Positions 19,369 through 28,980 of a DNA stretch of 54,149 bases are shown in pieces; the first letter of the stretch is position 1; the number at the start of each line of letters is the position of its first letter. The translations under genes were made by a program, and so were the position numbers. The DNA comes from Dyadobacter sp. (GTDB lineage: Bacteria; Bacteroidota; Bacteroidia; Cytophagales; Spirosomataceae), in contig DATMSL010000032.1 of assembly GCA_035565435.1 (NCBI GenBank), forward strand, positions 1 to 54,149, in the 5' to 3' direction. Below the pieces are notes generated by a model that was not told the origin of the DNA, did no database searches, and saw only the letters and a list, made by a program, of their open reading frames with translations.

Positions 19369-20241
19369 ATGGAAAAATTATTGGTATCCTTTTCGGGCGG
19401 GGAAACCTCTGCGTACATGACGTGGTGGATATGGAACAACTGGCGGGACAAATATGAAATAATAGTAGCATTCGCTAACACCGGGGAGGAGAATGAGCAA
19501 ACGTTGGAATTTGTTCAGCGGTTCTCGCAGCATTTTAACATTCCGGTAGTTTGGGTGGAAGCAGTGGTACACCACGGGAGACGAAAAGGTAGTACGCATA
19601 AAGTAGTGAATTTTGAAACTGCCTCGCGGAACGCGGAGCCTTTTAGGGAAGTGGTAAAGAAGTACGGACTACCTAACCAAAGTTTTCCTCACTGCACAAG
19701 AGAGTTGAAAGCAGGGCCTTTGCAATCTTACCCGCTATCGGTAGGGTGGAAATCTTGGTACACCGCCATAGGAATACGGCACGATGAGATAGACAGAATC
19801 AGCGTTAAAAAGGAGGCTAAGAAGTTGCTCTATCCGCTTATTAAAGACCGCCCTATGTCCAAATTAACGATCAATTTTTGGTGGTCGCAGCAACCTTTCA
19901 GGCTGAATTTGAAGGGCTACCAAGGTAATTGTAAGGCATGCTGGAAAAAGAATGACCCCAAGCTGTATATGATAGCGCGAGAAACTCCCGAGGCTTTTAG
20001 AAATCAGATACAGCTCGAAAATGATTTCGGAAAGTATATTCCAGAGTCTAGACTCAGTAAGATGCGGGAGCGAGGCGAAAAGCCAGTATATCCGGTCGTT
20101 TCGTACCGTAAAGGCCGTTCAGTGCACGACATATTCAAGCAGGCTGAAATGTTTACAGGAGGCGTAGTTAACGATGCCGAAATGTACGATTTGCATAACG
20201 AATCTTGCGAGGTATTTACTGATTGTGGAATTGATAACTAA
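19369..20241 (+). CDS. PAPS reductase-like (PP-loop) protein
   Basis: VSFSGGETS, FANTGEE, CTRELK, GIRHDE, YPLI and GNCKACWKK motifs. Confidence 0.85.
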   Translation: MEKLLVSFSGGETSAYMTWWIWNNWRDKYEIIVAFANTGEENEQTLEFVQRFSQHFNIPVVWVEAVVHHGRRKGSTHKVVNFETASRNAEPFREVVKKYGLPNQSFPHCTRELKAGPLQSYPLSVGWKSWYTAIGIRHDEIDRISVKKEAKKLLYPLIKDRPMSKLTINFWWSQQPFRLNLKGYQGNCKACWKKNDPKLYMIARETPEAFRNQIQLENDFGKYIPESRLSKMRERGEKPVYPVVSYRKGRSVHDIFKQAEMFTGGVVNDAEMYDLHNESCEVFTDCGIDN

Positions 20242-22343
20242 TGATCCCGATAACCCGCAATATGCACAAGCGACTTTTAAGCCTGGATATCGAAACGCGC
20301 TCGGACGTAGACCTGCCCAAGCATGGCGTTTATAATTACGTGAATACCCCGCACTTCCGGCTGCTTTGGCTCTCTTACTCTTACGACTATGGACCTGTTC
20401 ACACTGTTGACCTCTGGCAAAACCCGCTGCCCGATTTTATCGTACGGGACCTTCAAGACCCCGAAGTCATTAAATGCGCTGCGAATGCTACCTTTGAACG
20501 CATATGCTTCTCCCGAGTTTTGGGAACATATCTCGACCCTTCGCAATGGACGTGTACGCTTGTACTCGCCGGAAGGAACGGTTTACCCATGCATCTTGAC
20601 GGGGCGGCCCATCACTCGGGTGTAGCGATACAAAAAGATAGCGCTGGTAAAGACCTGATCATGACTTTCTCTGTGCCGCAGGAGATCAATAAGAAAAACC
20701 CGTGGCGCCAGTGGATCAACCCGCACCACGAGCCTGAGAAATGGGCGCATTACGGCCGGTATAACAACCAGGACGTAGGTGCGGAAATGGCGGTCAAGCG
20801 CGCTAATATGTACATCCCGATAAGCCGGGCTGAGGATATGCTTTATACGCTAGACCAGCGCATTAACGATCGGGGCATTAAGATAGATCGGCAGCTGGTG
20901 CAGCAGGCCATGGCGATGGGTTCCCGCTTCAAAGCCGAGATCACTAACCGTGTTATCGAGCTGACAGGCATTAAAAATCCCAACAGCGTGCAGCAGCTGG
21001 TCAAATGGCTTAACGAGGAGACGGACCTGGAAAAAATGGCCAAGCTACCAGGTAAAACAGTGCAGAAGCTCGTCGAGTCGCTGGATAAGCAGATCAATGA
21101 GGGCGAGTGGGCTTTCATGCCTAATGAGACAGTAGGCAAGCTGTTGGTTAAGGCCCCGCCTGGCGTGGTCAAAGAAGTACTCGAATGCCGGTTAATGCTC
21201 GGTAAAGCCAGTATCTCTAAGTACACGGCCATGAACAAGGTGGTAGGCTGGGACGACCGGATACGCGGTATCTTGCAGTTCTACGGCGCAAACCGTACAG
21301 GCCGCTGGGCAGGACGTGGCGTACAACCGCAAAACCTTACTAAGCATAAGGGTAAAGCGCACGAGCTGGAAGCCATGCGTAACGCGATCAAGTCGGGCGA
21401 TATCGAGGCTGTACGGGCCATTGAGCCTAATGTGGCCTCAGCTCTTTCTCAGTGTATCCGTACCGCATTTACGGCCGATCACGGGCACCAGTTCCTCGTC
21501 AGTGACTACTCGGCTATCGAGGCGCGGGTTACGGCCTGGCTGGCTGCTGAATCGTGGCGTCTGGACTTTTTCGAGCACGGGGGCGATATTTACGTCGAGT
21601 CGGTATGTCGCATGCTGGGGCTTAATAAAGAGTCTCTGTACATGATCAACTCGGAAGGTAAGCGGGTGCTAACGCCAGAGGGCAAGAACTACCGCGCGAT
21701 TGGTAAGGTGGCCGAGCTTGCTTTGGGTTTCTTGGGCGGTGTAGGGGCGTTAAAAAGCATGTGTGCTGCCTTGGGCGTAACGCTTCCAGAGCATGAAATG
21801 CAACCCATTGTCGATGCGTTCCGGGAGGCTAACCAGGCAATCGTGGAATTTGGCTACGATCTGGAACGGGCCGCTATCCGGGCTATCGTACAGCCAGAGA
21901 AATTCCAGGTTGCTGGTAAAACCCAGCGTGTGCAGTTTGTTTTCAAGCGGGGTAACCTGTACATGATTCTACCCTCGGGCCGCTGGCTGACATACCAAAA
22001 GGCTTTCATCGGCACCAATAAGTTTGGCAAACCGGGTATTTTCTACTACGAGAGCAAGAACAAGGGCTGGCACATGACCGATACGTACTCGGGCAAACTG
22101 CTTGAAAATTCAGTGCAGGCAACCGCTCGGGACTTACTCGCTGGCGGCATGCTAAGGCTCGACTACCACGGGTTTAAGATAGTGCTACACGTGCATGACG
22201 AGGTAGTGATCGAGGAGCCTGTGAATGGCCGGACTATCGAAGAGGTCAACCATTGGATGTGTCAGAAATCCGCATGGTACCAGGACCTGCCTTTCGAGGC
22301 TAGTGGATTTGTTTCACCGTATTACAAGAAAGACGATAATTGA
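20241..22343 (+). CDS. Family A DNA polymerase (APSE/SPO2-type)
   Basis: LDIETRS exonuclease motif, RTGRWAG, DYSAIEAR (motif A), GKVAELALG (B), VHDE (C). Confidence 0.95.
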   Translation: MIPITRNMHKRLLSLDIETRSDVDLPKHGVYNYVNTPHFRLLWLSYSYDYGPVHTVDLWQNPLPDFIVRDLQDPEVIKCAANATFERICFSRVLGTYLDPSQWTCTLVLAGRNGLPMHLDGAAHHSGVAIQKDSAGKDLIMTFSVPQEINKKNPWRQWINPHHEPEKWAHYGRYNNQDVGAEMAVKRANMYIPISRAEDMLYTLDQRINDRGIKIDRQLVQQAMAMGSRFKAEITNRVIELTGIKNPNSVQQLVKWLNEETDLEKMAKLPGKTVQKLVESLDKQINEGEWAFMPNETVGKLLVKAPPGVVKEVLECRLMLGKASISKYTAMNKVVGWDDRIRGILQFYGANRTGRWAGRGVQPQNLTKHKGKAHELEAMRNAIKSGDIEAVRAIEPNVASALSQCIRTAFTADHGHQFLVSDYSAIEARVTAWLAAESWRLDFFEHGGDIYVESVCRMLGLNKESLYMINSEGKRVLTPEGKNYRAIGKVAELALGFLGGVGALKSMCAALGVTLPEHEMQPIVDAFREANQAIVEFGYDLERAAIRAIVQPEKFQVAGKTQRVQFVFKRGNLYMILPSGRWLTYQKAFIGTNKFGKPGIFYYESKNKGWHMTDTYSGKLLENSVQATARDLLAGGMLRLDYHGFKIVLHVHDEVVIEEPVNGRTIEEVNHWMCQKSAWYQDLPFEASGFVSPYYKKDDN

Positions 22344-22344
22344 T

Positions 22345-22836
22345 ATGAAAGGTATGGGAGGGCATCAAAGCGGTAAAATGCTAAACGACGAGTGGCTTAC
22401 CCCTCAGCACATAAAGGAGCCTCTGGGACAGTTCACTACGGACCCTTGCTCGCCGGAAGTACGGCCATGGGACACAGCACAGTTGCATTACTCAAAAGTA
22501 GACGATGGATTAGTACAGCCTTGGTTTGGCAGAGTCTGGCTAAATCCTCCCTATGGCAGAGATACAGCTACATGGCTTAATAAAATGGCATTACATAACT
22601 TTGGAACTGCTTTGATATTTGCCAGAACGGAAACCGATATGTTCTTTAAATACGTGTGGGGCGTAGCGGAAGCTGTGCTATTTATTAAGGGGCGTTTGCA
22701 TTTTTGCGATGTAAAAGGCGTTCCGGCCAAAGCTAATTCTGGGGCACCTTCGGTACTTATAGCGTATGGAGCTTACGATGCATTTAAATTGGAACAAGCC
22801 GGTATACCGGGTAAATTCATTAAACTAAAAAGCTAA
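22345..22836 (+). CDS. Phage N6-adenine DNA methyltransferase
   Basis: DEWLTP, DPCS, DGL..PW.GRVWLNPPY and GRLHF motifs. Confidence 0.88.
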   Translation: MKGMGGHQSGKMLNDEWLTPQHIKEPLGQFTTDPCSPEVRPWDTAQLHYSKVDDGLVQPWFGRVWLNPPYGRDTATWLNKMALHNFGTALIFARTETDMFFKYVWGVAEAVLFIKGRLHFCDVKGVPAKANSGAPSVLIAYGAYDAFKLEQAGIPGKFIKLKS

Positions 22837-22841
22837 TCGAT

Positions 22842-23078
22842 ATGAAAACTATTGAACCAAAATTCTTCCCGGGTGATGTTATCCGGTTCATAAATAGACA
22901 CGGTACTAGGGCTACTTATCATGCCTGGACAGTAGCCGAGTCGCATCCTAAAACTCAGCGGTATTGGCTGCAACGGTGGAACGATAAGAATAAAGTAGAA
23001 CGCAAACCGCTGGAATTTAAGAAGCAGTTCGACTATGAACGTGTTTTCGATCAAAAGCCTTGCTGGCCTAAGAAATAG
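22842..23078 (+). CDS. Hypothetical protein
   Basis: 78-aa ORF, KFFPGDVI start. Confidence 0.6.
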   Translation: MKTIEPKFFPGDVIRFINRHGTRATYHAWTVAESHPKTQRYWLQRWNDKNKVERKPLEFKKQFDYERVFDQKPCWPKK

Positions 23079-23088
23079 CATAAAACTT

Positions 23089-23116
23089 AAAAGCCCCGGT
23101 TAATCCCAGGGCTTTT
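23089..23116. terminator. Bidirectional terminator
   Basis: AAAAGCCC...GGGCTTTT between convergent genes. Confidence 0.75.
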
Positions 23117-23117
23117 C

Positions 23118-23345
23118 TTACTTCTCGGGCTCGGACAGCTTACCGGAAACCTTTTTCTTCGCTTCGGTCTGCTCGGGCTCAGTTTTTTCCTGCTCCTCTA
23201 TCTCGTAAGCGATTGTCTCTACCTGACCTGCGAAACCGTCCAGGTCTTTGGTGAACTCCTTATCTACACCCAGTGCGGCTACTCTGTCCTTATAAGCGCG
23301 GATATCGGCGCCCAGCTGGGTAAGACGTTCTGATTTGTCTGACAT
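23118..23345 (-). CDS. Hypothetical acidic protein divergent from the endolysin
   Basis: Likely start MSDKSERL; 75 aa. Confidence 0.6.
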   Translation of the reverse strand: MSDKSERLTQLGADIRAYKDRVAALGVDKEFTKDLDGFAGQVETIAYEIEEQEKTEPEQTEAKKKVSGKLSEPEK

Positions 23346-23402
23346 AATAGTGATATTTAAGGTGTTAAAAGAACCAGCCTTAAAGCTACAAAAATTGTAC
23401 CT

Positions 23403-24059
23403 ATGAAACATGCTGATTTATTCCCCGGCATACCGGGTGTAGATGCCTATTTACAAGAGGCTTTCAAAGTCGCCCAACTTAATACGCCCGAGCGGCGCGG
23501 CCTTTTCCTGGCCAACGTAGCCCACGAGTCTGCTTTTCTCACTAAGCTGGTGGAGGATCTGAAATCTTACACAGCTAAGCGGCTGGCAGAGGTCTGGCCG
23601 TCCCGGTTTGCTGTCGATCGCAAGGCTTTTGTAAAAGAGCCCAATGCAAAAGCAAAACGTATAGCACACGACGAGTACGCGATCGCCGAAGCTGCGTACG
23701 GCGGCAGGTATGGTAACGCTCCGGAGGGATACGGCGACGGCTGGAAATACAGGGGCCGAGGGGCGATACAGCTTACTTTTAAAGGGAACTATTTAGATAC
23801 GGATCGTATGCTAGGGCTGAGCGGGTTGCTGGTTGATAAACCGAGCTTGGTGGCTACTCCTGAATATGCACTACTTACTGCCGCGCTTTGGTGGAAACGC
23901 AATAAGATGAATGCCTACGCAGATGAAATACCGTCAGGCCTGCGAGGCAAAACTAATCCTGAGAAAGACCGAATACTGACCGAAGCACGCAAGAAAGTGA
24001 ACGGTGGGACCATTGGATTAGACCACGTAAAAAAATTATTTGATATATTTTGTTTTTAA
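23403..24059 (+). CDS. Endolysin, glycoside hydrolase family 19
   Basis: FLANVAHES, YRGRGAIQLT..GNY, AALWW and VNGG.IGL motifs. Confidence 0.93.
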   Translation: MKHADLFPGIPGVDAYLQEAFKVAQLNTPERRGLFLANVAHESAFLTKLVEDLKSYTAKRLAEVWPSRFAVDRKAFVKEPNAKAKRIAHDEYAIAEAAYGGRYGNAPEGYGDGWKYRGRGAIQLTFKGNYLDTDRMLGLSGLLVDKPSLVATPEYALLTAALWWKRNKMNAYADEIPSGLRGKTNPEKDRILTEARKKVNGGTIGLDHVKKLFDIFCF

Positions 24060-24067
24060 ATAAATTA
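24042..24067 (+). promoter_or_regulatory. Conserved promoter element, copy 2
   Basis: GATATATTTTGTTTTTAAATAAATTA, 23/26 identical to 32586-32611. Confidence 0.55.
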
Positions 24068-24116
24068 TACCCTTTCTTTGTCTCAGTCAAAATTTAAACC
24101 GTTAAAAATTACTGCA

Positions 24117-24584
24117 ATGACACAGAAAGAGCGTATAGCGGAACTCGAAGAGCAGTTAGCGAAAGCTAAGTGGCAGAACGATCTAACCAGTAGAGCCTGG
24201 CAACTACCGGATGCCTTTGAACCGTCTGAATTAACAGCGCACTTGCCGGTGCCTCGCATTGAAATGCGTTTCGAAAAGACAGGTAAGGACTGGTACGACC
24301 ACAAATGGACCTATGGCCTGGTAATACGCCCGTACGCCTGGCTACACGAATCGGGGAAGCCCTTGTGCTTCGTACCGTTAAGTCACACTACGGGTCGAGG
24401 CGGCGCTGACCCCACTAGATATGACAGGCTACCTACTCCTTTCAGAGACGGCGTGAACATTCAAGCCGATATGTACGCACTGCGCTTGCCGGGTTTCATA
24501 GTTTGCGAAGAGCTCAATAAAGTAGAGCGACTGGAAGTAGATCTGGCTGAGTTTGAAGAGCGTTTTAAAGCTGTTAAACAGTAA
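24117..24584 (+). CDS. Hypothetical protein
   Basis: Likely start MTQKERI; first gene of the accessory operon. Confidence 0.7.
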   Translation: MTQKERIAELEEQLAKAKWQNDLTSRAWQLPDAFEPSELTAHLPVPRIEMRFEKTGKDWYDHKWTYGLVIRPYAWLHESGKPLCFVPLSHTTGRGGADPTRYDRLPTPFRDGVNIQADMYALRLPGFIVCEELNKVERLEVDLAEFEERFKAVKQ

Positions 24585-24814
24585 TGGGCCAGACCAAAGC
24601 TAAACGTCACCACACTTGGGTATTAACCTCCCAGGCTGGTGACAACCCCGAGACGCACGTATGCAGCAGCTGCGGGGTAATCCGTAAAAAGTTTTCTGCA
24701 TCTACCTTAGTGAAGCACAGGAAAACTCCTGCCCCTACTTGCCGGTATATCTCCGGGAACACCGTATTTTATCACTCTCCGTTTTGCACAGGTAAACCTT
24801 ACGCGAGGAAATGA
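24584..24814 (+). CDS. Small Cys/His-rich protein
   Basis: H.W...CSSCG; coupled ORF. Confidence 0.55.
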   Translation: MGQTKAKRHHTWVLTSQAGDNPETHVCSSCGVIRKKFSASTLVKHRKTPAPTCRYISGNTVFYHSPFCTGKPYARK

Positions 24815-25113
24815 AAAAGGAAATAGAATACAAATATTATGGCGTCCCTGTGATTACCCTACTTGCAGCGATAGACGGGCCGAACAGCTGCTATTTGAAA
24901 GTAGGACATTCAAGGGAACCGGCCGGTCTGTGCGAAAATTTTAGGTTTAGCGACGAAGGGCTTAAATGCGATATCAGATCAATGGTGGATTTAAAGGGCT
25001 TGTATCCTATTCTTACGGCAGAAGGATCACCCGGAGGCTCCGGTAGGTTATTGGGGCTTACTGCTTCGCCTGACAAATTAAACGCTGACGAAACCCTAAA
25101 ACCTTTTATCTAA
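24811..25113 (+). CDS. Hypothetical protein
   Basis: Coupled ORF. Confidence 0.55.
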   Translation: MKKEIEYKYYGVPVITLLAAIDGPNSCYLKVGHSREPAGLCENFRFSDEGLKCDIRSMVDLKGLYPILTAEGSPGGSGRLLGLTASPDKLNADETLKPFI

Positions 25114-25316
25114 TGGACCAGGAAACAATTGACAAGATAAGCGATATGGCCAAGTGCCTTATTGATCAGATATGCGAGCAAGAGCTGGATATCGCCGATG
25201 TAATGGCCGAAATGAAAAAGCAAACGTTAGCCGCTAGTAAGTTAATTATCGAACAGCGCTCGGGAGACATACGGAAATTGCAAGCTATGCGTAACCGGCT
25301 TTTGTCAAAATTATGA
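25113..25316 (+). CDS. Hypothetical protein
   Basis: Coupled helical ORF. Confidence 0.6.
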   Translation: MDQETIDKISDMAKCLIDQICEQELDIADVMAEMKKQTLAASKLIIEQRSGDIRKLQAMRNRLLSKL

Positions 25317-25405
25317 TACTCCTGCTCGGTTTGGTGGCCTACGTGGCCCTGCAAATTGGATTCGTAATGTGGTACTATAATAAAAAGCAAAACAATGGAA
25401 AATAG
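25313..25405 (+). CDS. 30-aa membrane peptide
   Basis: MILLLGLVAYVALQIGFVMWYYNKKQNNGK; ATGA overlap; fills the gap between neighbours. Confidence 0.5.
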   Translation: MILLLGLVAYVALQIGFVMWYYNKKQNNGK

Positions 25406-26144
25406 AATGGCCCTCGACTTATTTATAGGAATCTGCGGCGCACTGTGCCTTATTGTAGGCGCGTCTATCCTGCTCGGTAAACTGGTTATGTGGATACAGG
25501 AAAAGCTCAGGCTCCGCAGGGAAGAGAAAGAGCTCGGCAAGATAGTCCAGCAGCAAAAGCGCTGGGAGAACTTGGAGAAAGAGCTGGCAAAGCTAGACAA
25601 TAGTAGCGCTATCGATATGGCCTCGGACCCGAAGCCTTGGCAAATGCAAAATTCAGACCCTTTGCACAACCCTGAAAATATCCGGCGTTACATGCCCTTG
25701 CAGGAACCGGAGATACAGGAAGCTCCTCATACCCTGTGGTGCCCTCGCTGCAACAGCGGTAAAAGGCACCTGGCACATGCAGTAGGCGGCGTGCCTCATT
25801 TCAAGTGCGAGGATTGTGGGCAACGGTACAAACAGTCTCCTACGCAGAATCAAATAGTCAACCGGTACGACCGTAATGCAGTGCCGACCGATACGCCCTC
25901 TGCCAGTTCCATAGAGCTGCATGAGGTACTGGATTCAGGAGACCATTGGCCGGGTGTGGTTATGCAGGACGACGAGCCCCGCAAAGGCGGCTGTAACGAA
26001 ACTGCGGACGAGCCGGTAACCTTCGGTGGTGGAGATTTCGGAGGCTCGGGAGCCGGTGATAGTTACGACTCGTCTACCGATTCTAGCAGTTCATCGACGG
26101 ATTCCAGCAGTTCGTCGGATTATTCAAGCTCAAACGACGATTAA
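25395..26144 (+). CDS. Membrane protein with Zn ribbon and Gly/Ser-rich tail
   Basis: N-terminal TM, CPRC..CEDC, FGGGDFGGSGAG and poly-Ser. Confidence 0.7.
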   Translation: MENRMALDLFIGICGALCLIVGASILLGKLVMWIQEKLRLRREEKELGKIVQQQKRWENLEKELAKLDNSSAIDMASDPKPWQMQNSDPLHNPENIRRYMPLQEPEIQEAPHTLWCPRCNSGKRHLAHAVGGVPHFKCEDCGQRYKQSPTQNQIVNRYDRNAVPTDTPSASSIELHEVLDSGDHWPGVVMQDDEPRKGGCNETADEPVTFGGGDFGGSGAGDSYDSSTDSSSSSTDSSSSSDYSSSNDD

Positions 26145-26147
26145 CCT

Positions 26148-27023
26148 ATGGCAACTTTCAACCCTTTTAACCCAGACGGCACTTGGCGCTGGGAAGTGAA
26201 CGGTAAAGACTTGGGGGATTTAGGCGTTAAGGCCAAAGCAGGTAAGAAAGCCGAGGAGCCCTGGAACCAATGGCAAAGCCAGAAGTCTATTCAAGAACTG
26301 AATGCGTATAACCAGTGGAAACAGGCCTACATCAAGTTCAACGATACGACTACCAAACCCGGTGAGAACTGGTTTCGGCAGGAGTGGGACCGTAACGAGG
26401 CAGGAATATGGGAGGACGAAATGCAAGACACTTTTACTGCACAAATGGATTATGAAGAGCGTTTGGCTTTCCGGGCTTACGGCGACGCATACAGGTATAA
26501 AACAGCTAAGGAAGAGGCTGCCGCATGGGTTTTACACGGTCGGGCTGAATGGTGGGCCAATAAAAGCCGCCCAGATGCATGGAAGGAGTTGCTTAAACAG
26601 GCAGAGCGGAATCGCCAGCAGCGAAAGCAGGAAAGCTACGGAGGCCGCAGCCAAGGTAAAAACCACTGGTACCAGCAATACCAAGACTTTTTCAACTCTG
26701 GCAGGCCCAAACTGACCGAAGAGCTTGCCCGTGCCCTGATCCTCTCCAACCTGGATAAGTTCGACGTGCATTACGCAGAGTACTGGCAACGTCAGCGCCG
26801 CATGCAGATGAACGAGGCCAAGAGCAAGATAGGCCAGCTCAGTATCGTGCATGTGCCTACCATTCAAGAGCGCTTTATGCAGCAATGTAGGCAGTCCGGG
26901 GCTACCGAGCACGAGGCTGCAATGCTTGCCGAGACAGTCTGGCCTCCGCTGTCGGAGAAAAATGAGGCCTATGATAATTTTGTTTCACGAGTTATGTCAC
27001 CTTTATTCAAATGGAACTGTTAA
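26148..27023 (+). CDS. Hypothetical W/Q-rich helical protein
   Basis: 291-aa ORF. Confidence 0.75.
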   Translation: MATFNPFNPDGTWRWEVNGKDLGDLGVKAKAGKKAEEPWNQWQSQKSIQELNAYNQWKQAYIKFNDTTTKPGENWFRQEWDRNEAGIWEDEMQDTFTAQMDYEERLAFRAYGDAYRYKTAKEEAAAWVLHGRAEWWANKSRPDAWKELLKQAERNRQQRKQESYGGRSQGKNHWYQQYQDFFNSGRPKLTEELARALILSNLDKFDVHYAEYWQRQRRMQMNEAKSKIGQLSIVHVPTIQERFMQQCRQSGATEHEAAMLAETVWPPLSEKNEAYDNFVSRVMSPLFKWNC

Positions 27024-27574
27024 GTAAATCGGACAAAATGCACCTTACTGCCGGGCAAACCTCCGCGTTGGCTACTTTCTACAATCAATGTATAAACTCG
27101 CTAGCCTCTTCGATAGAAGTAGCTTTCACACCTACGCAGGAGTGGATCGATAAGTTTGCCGCGGTGAATTATTTCTTTTACAATTCGGGTGAAACGCCGG
27201 AAGGTAGGTTACTGTACAATATACGGCAGGGTAAAATATCAGAAGGAAAAGCCCAAGAGCCTTCGTGGATACCGCAGAACGGTGAACTTATAGAAGCCTC
27301 TTTCAGAACTGACCCGAAAGACACCGACTTTTTCCGCTGTATATACGTAGGTTTTGATGGTAAATACCATGTAGTATTCTACGACAGAGAGGCCGAACAC
27401 GAAAGCACGGATCGGAGGCAGGAAACTCCTATGGAGCAAAGAGCGTATGAAGCTGTACTATCCATGCGCCATAAACCAAAGAAAACCCAGGTCCCGCTCG
27501 CCGAACTGCTATCGGTGTACGCAAGCGTCAAAGGCCTGACTCAGGACGGTGTAGAACTTAAACCAGAAAATTGA
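27011..27574 (+). CDS. Hypothetical protein
   Basis: 187-aa ORF. Confidence 0.7.
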   Translation: MELLSKSDKMHLTAGQTSALATFYNQCINSLASSIEVAFTPTQEWIDKFAAVNYFFYNSGETPEGRLLYNIRQGKISEGKAQEPSWIPQNGELIEASFRTDPKDTDFFRCIYVGFDGKYHVVFYDREAEHESTDRRQETPMEQRAYEAVLSMRHKPKKTQVPLAELLSVYASVKGLTQDGVELKPEN

Positions 27575-27575
27575 T

Positions 27576-27977
27576 ATGGATAATTACACCACAGAGGAAG
27601 GGGAGCGTATGCACCAGCTATGGAACGAGATTTTCGACCAGTACCAGGAAATGCGAGGGATGCACGGGCATTCTGTTGAATCAGACGTGGAGGATAATGC
27701 GGACGGACAGCTACTACGAGGCGCGATAACTATATCGGATCTTGACGAGAGTTGGACGGTGGAGGACCGTTTGGAGTGGCTCCGCAAGAAGAATCCTAAA
27801 TGGAACCCCGAGTGGGTAAAACGGACATTGTATAAAACCTACAAAGACCGGCTCAAAGTGGGCATTTCCCTGCTCATAGCCGAGCTTGAAAGAGTAATGT
27901 ATCTTGAAAACCAACGTATAGAAAACAATGACAGCAGCACAGCAAGCAGCTCAGGAGATCCTGAAAGTAACGGGTAA
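27576..27977 (+). CDS. Conserved phage hypothetical protein
   Basis: G...E.D....DGQL..GA...W...W.K....RL..G..LLIAELER pattern, recalled from many phage genomes. Confidence 0.65.
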   Translation: MDNYTTEEGERMHQLWNEIFDQYQEMRGMHGHSVESDVEDNADGQLLRGAITISDLDESWTVEDRLEWLRKKNPKWNPEWVKRTLYKTYKDRLKVGISLLIAELERVMYLENQRIENNDSSTASSSGDPESNG

Positions 27978-28143
27978 AGAGAATGCCTCGGAAGCCGTTA
28001 AGGCCAAGACGCTAACCGTAGTCGAGAACTACTACAACGCCAAAGGAGGTATGGCCAAAGCCTACGCAGTAGGGCTCCTCATAGATGTGCTGGAAGTGAA
28101 GTACGGCGAGTATGCCGGCCGGATCGCAACCCAGCTTATGTAA
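27928..28143 (+). CDS. Hypothetical protein
   Basis: 71-aa ORF with A-rich leader. Confidence 0.6.
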   Translation: MTAAQQAAQEILKVTGKENASEAVKAKTLTVVENYYNAKGGMAKAYAVGLLIDVLEVKYGEYAGRIATQLM

Positions 28144-28191
28144 AACCCGGCGCTGGGGGCAACCCAGCTTATGTAAAACCCGGCGCTGGGG
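28126..28191 (+). repeat. 33-bp perfect tandem duplication
   Basis: GCAACCCAGCTTATGTAAAACCCGGCGCTGGGG twice. Confidence 0.95.
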
Positions 28192-28218
28192 CAGCCTGGC
28201 GCCATAAAATCTTAAACA

Positions 28219-28599
28219 ATGATGTTTTTCAGCAAGAAATTTTGGAAAGGTCTTTTTGGTCCTGACGAGTTTACAAAACACGCTAACCGGGTAATGGAGA
28301 AAGCTACCTTTACCATAGATCAATTCGATACGCAGGTTAGAAGGTATACCATGGGTGACGGTTCGGTGCATTTTAGAGCTTTTCTGGTTGGCGCATTTGA
28401 TACTGAATACGCATTACACTGTACAAGAACCCTAGGCCCTGCATACTGCGTACCGCCTCTGTATTCAAGCCACGGAAATATAGGTTCGATCGCTAGGTTT
28501 AACAGCTACGAGGACGCACGCGACGCCGCAGACGAAATGTGCGTTAAAGTGAACCGGAAATTAAAAGAAGAAAGAGTATTAAAAATAGAAAACGTATGA
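28219..28599 (+). CDS. Hypothetical protein
   Basis: 126-aa ORF. Confidence 0.65.
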   Translation: MMFFSKKFWKGLFGPDEFTKHANRVMEKATFTIDQFDTQVRRYTMGDGSVHFRAFLVGAFDTEYALHCTRTLGPAYCVPPLYSSHGNIGSIARFNSYEDARDAADEMCVKVNRKLKEERVLKIENV

Positions 28600-28805
28600 T
28601 TTCAACACCAATCCTTATCCAGCTCAATCGGTTCATTAACGACAACTTCAAAACCGAAGCAGAGCACCAGCAGCTTAAAGAGCACATCGCCAAATACCGG
28701 AGCGTAGAAGGTGGCGTAGCCGAGTACACCAACGAGCTTTCAGAGGCCGACCAGCAAGCGTTCCTGGACGAGCTCAAAACGATGAAAGGGCAAGGAAATG
28801 AATAA
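28596..28805 (+). CDS. Hypothetical protein
   Basis: Coupled ORF. Confidence 0.6.
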   Translation: MISTPILIQLNRFINDNFKTEAEHQQLKEHIAKYRSVEGGVAEYTNELSEADQQAFLDELKTMKGQGNE

Positions 28806-28980
28806 TCAGATCAAATGTACCCTGTACTTTCTGGCCTTGTTTACCGCCCTATCTGCTCTCTTATACGCAATCCAGTGGGTTTACGGAGACTTTATGCCCT
28901 TGTGGACTGTTTTGTTGATCGAAGCGGTAATAGCTTTCGGCTCGGGTTTGGCTACTTCCAGATATGACGATACCTTATGA
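28798..28980 (+). CDS. Small two-TM membrane protein
   Basis: Two hydrophobic helices. Confidence 0.6.
   Translation: MNNQIKCTLYFLALFTALSALLYAIQWVYGDFMPLWTVLLIEAVIAFGSGLATSRYDDTL

Noticed and set aside
28126..28191. Mini CRISPR array
   Set aside because: The two 33-bp units abut with no spacer
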